Shown here in pieces: positions 30,535 through 30,694 of a DNA stretch of 30,694 nt. The notes beneath the pieces were generated by a model. It was not told the origin of the DNA. It saw only the letters and a program-made list of their open reading frames with translations, and did not search any database. The stretch's first letter is position 1. Each line of letters starts with the position of its first letter. The stretch covers positions 1 to 30,694 of the forward strand of contig NIVC01004939.1 in NCBI GenBank assembly GCA_002269645.1, read 5' to 3'. Source of the DNA: Macrostomum lignano. Taxonomy: Eukaryota. Both the position numbers and the translations under genes were made by a program.

Positions 30535-30694
30535 TCGCTCTCATATCTCCTCTCTCTTCTATTCGCTATTATCGTGACTCTCTTCTCTCTCCTCTCTCTC
30601 ATCTCATCTCTACCCCACTCCCTTATTTATCTCTTCTCCTCGTCTTTCGTTTGTACCCTCTCCTGTCTCTTGTCTCATCTCTTCTCTCATATCT
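30535..30694. repeat. CT-rich (GA on minus strand) low-complexity tract
   Basis: Irregular tctc/catctc repeats to the window end. Confidence 0.75.

Overview
Eukaryotic (animal) genomic DNA with GC-rich exons, AT-rich spacers and GT-AG introns. The style suggests a trans-splicing flatworm such as Macrostomum, but that is inference only. Left to right: (1) a frameshifted B-box/coiled-coil/beta-propeller-like gene (480-4225, +) whose acidic repeat tail is interrupted by a young 5'-truncated LINE (~2348-4171); (2) a 3-exon WDR83/MORG1 gene (4807-6752, -) with no in-frame start ATG; (3) a 3-exon myotubularin gene of the catalytically active MTM1/MTMR1/MTMR2 group (8206-10971, -, 665 aa) with a CORE-SINE in intron 1; (4) an old, internally deleted Ty3/Gypsy element (~12010-27632) showing strong CpG and CpA/TpG-to-TpA decay; (5) a young near-complete relative (17900-27539; 888/887-bp LTRs, CTAG TSD, tRNA-Leu PBS, -1 frameshift) nested in the old 3' LTR; (6) a non-autonomous hAT element (28889-29655). 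The most interesting points are the RIP-like mutation spectrum of the old Gypsy, a non-env accessory ORF3 and a conserved hairpin-motif array shared by both Gypsy copies, the lack of a polypurine tract, a conserved RVxF (PP1-docking-like) motif in Pol, and a WDR83 start codon that may be donated by a spliced leader. All counts are manual and no database searches were run.
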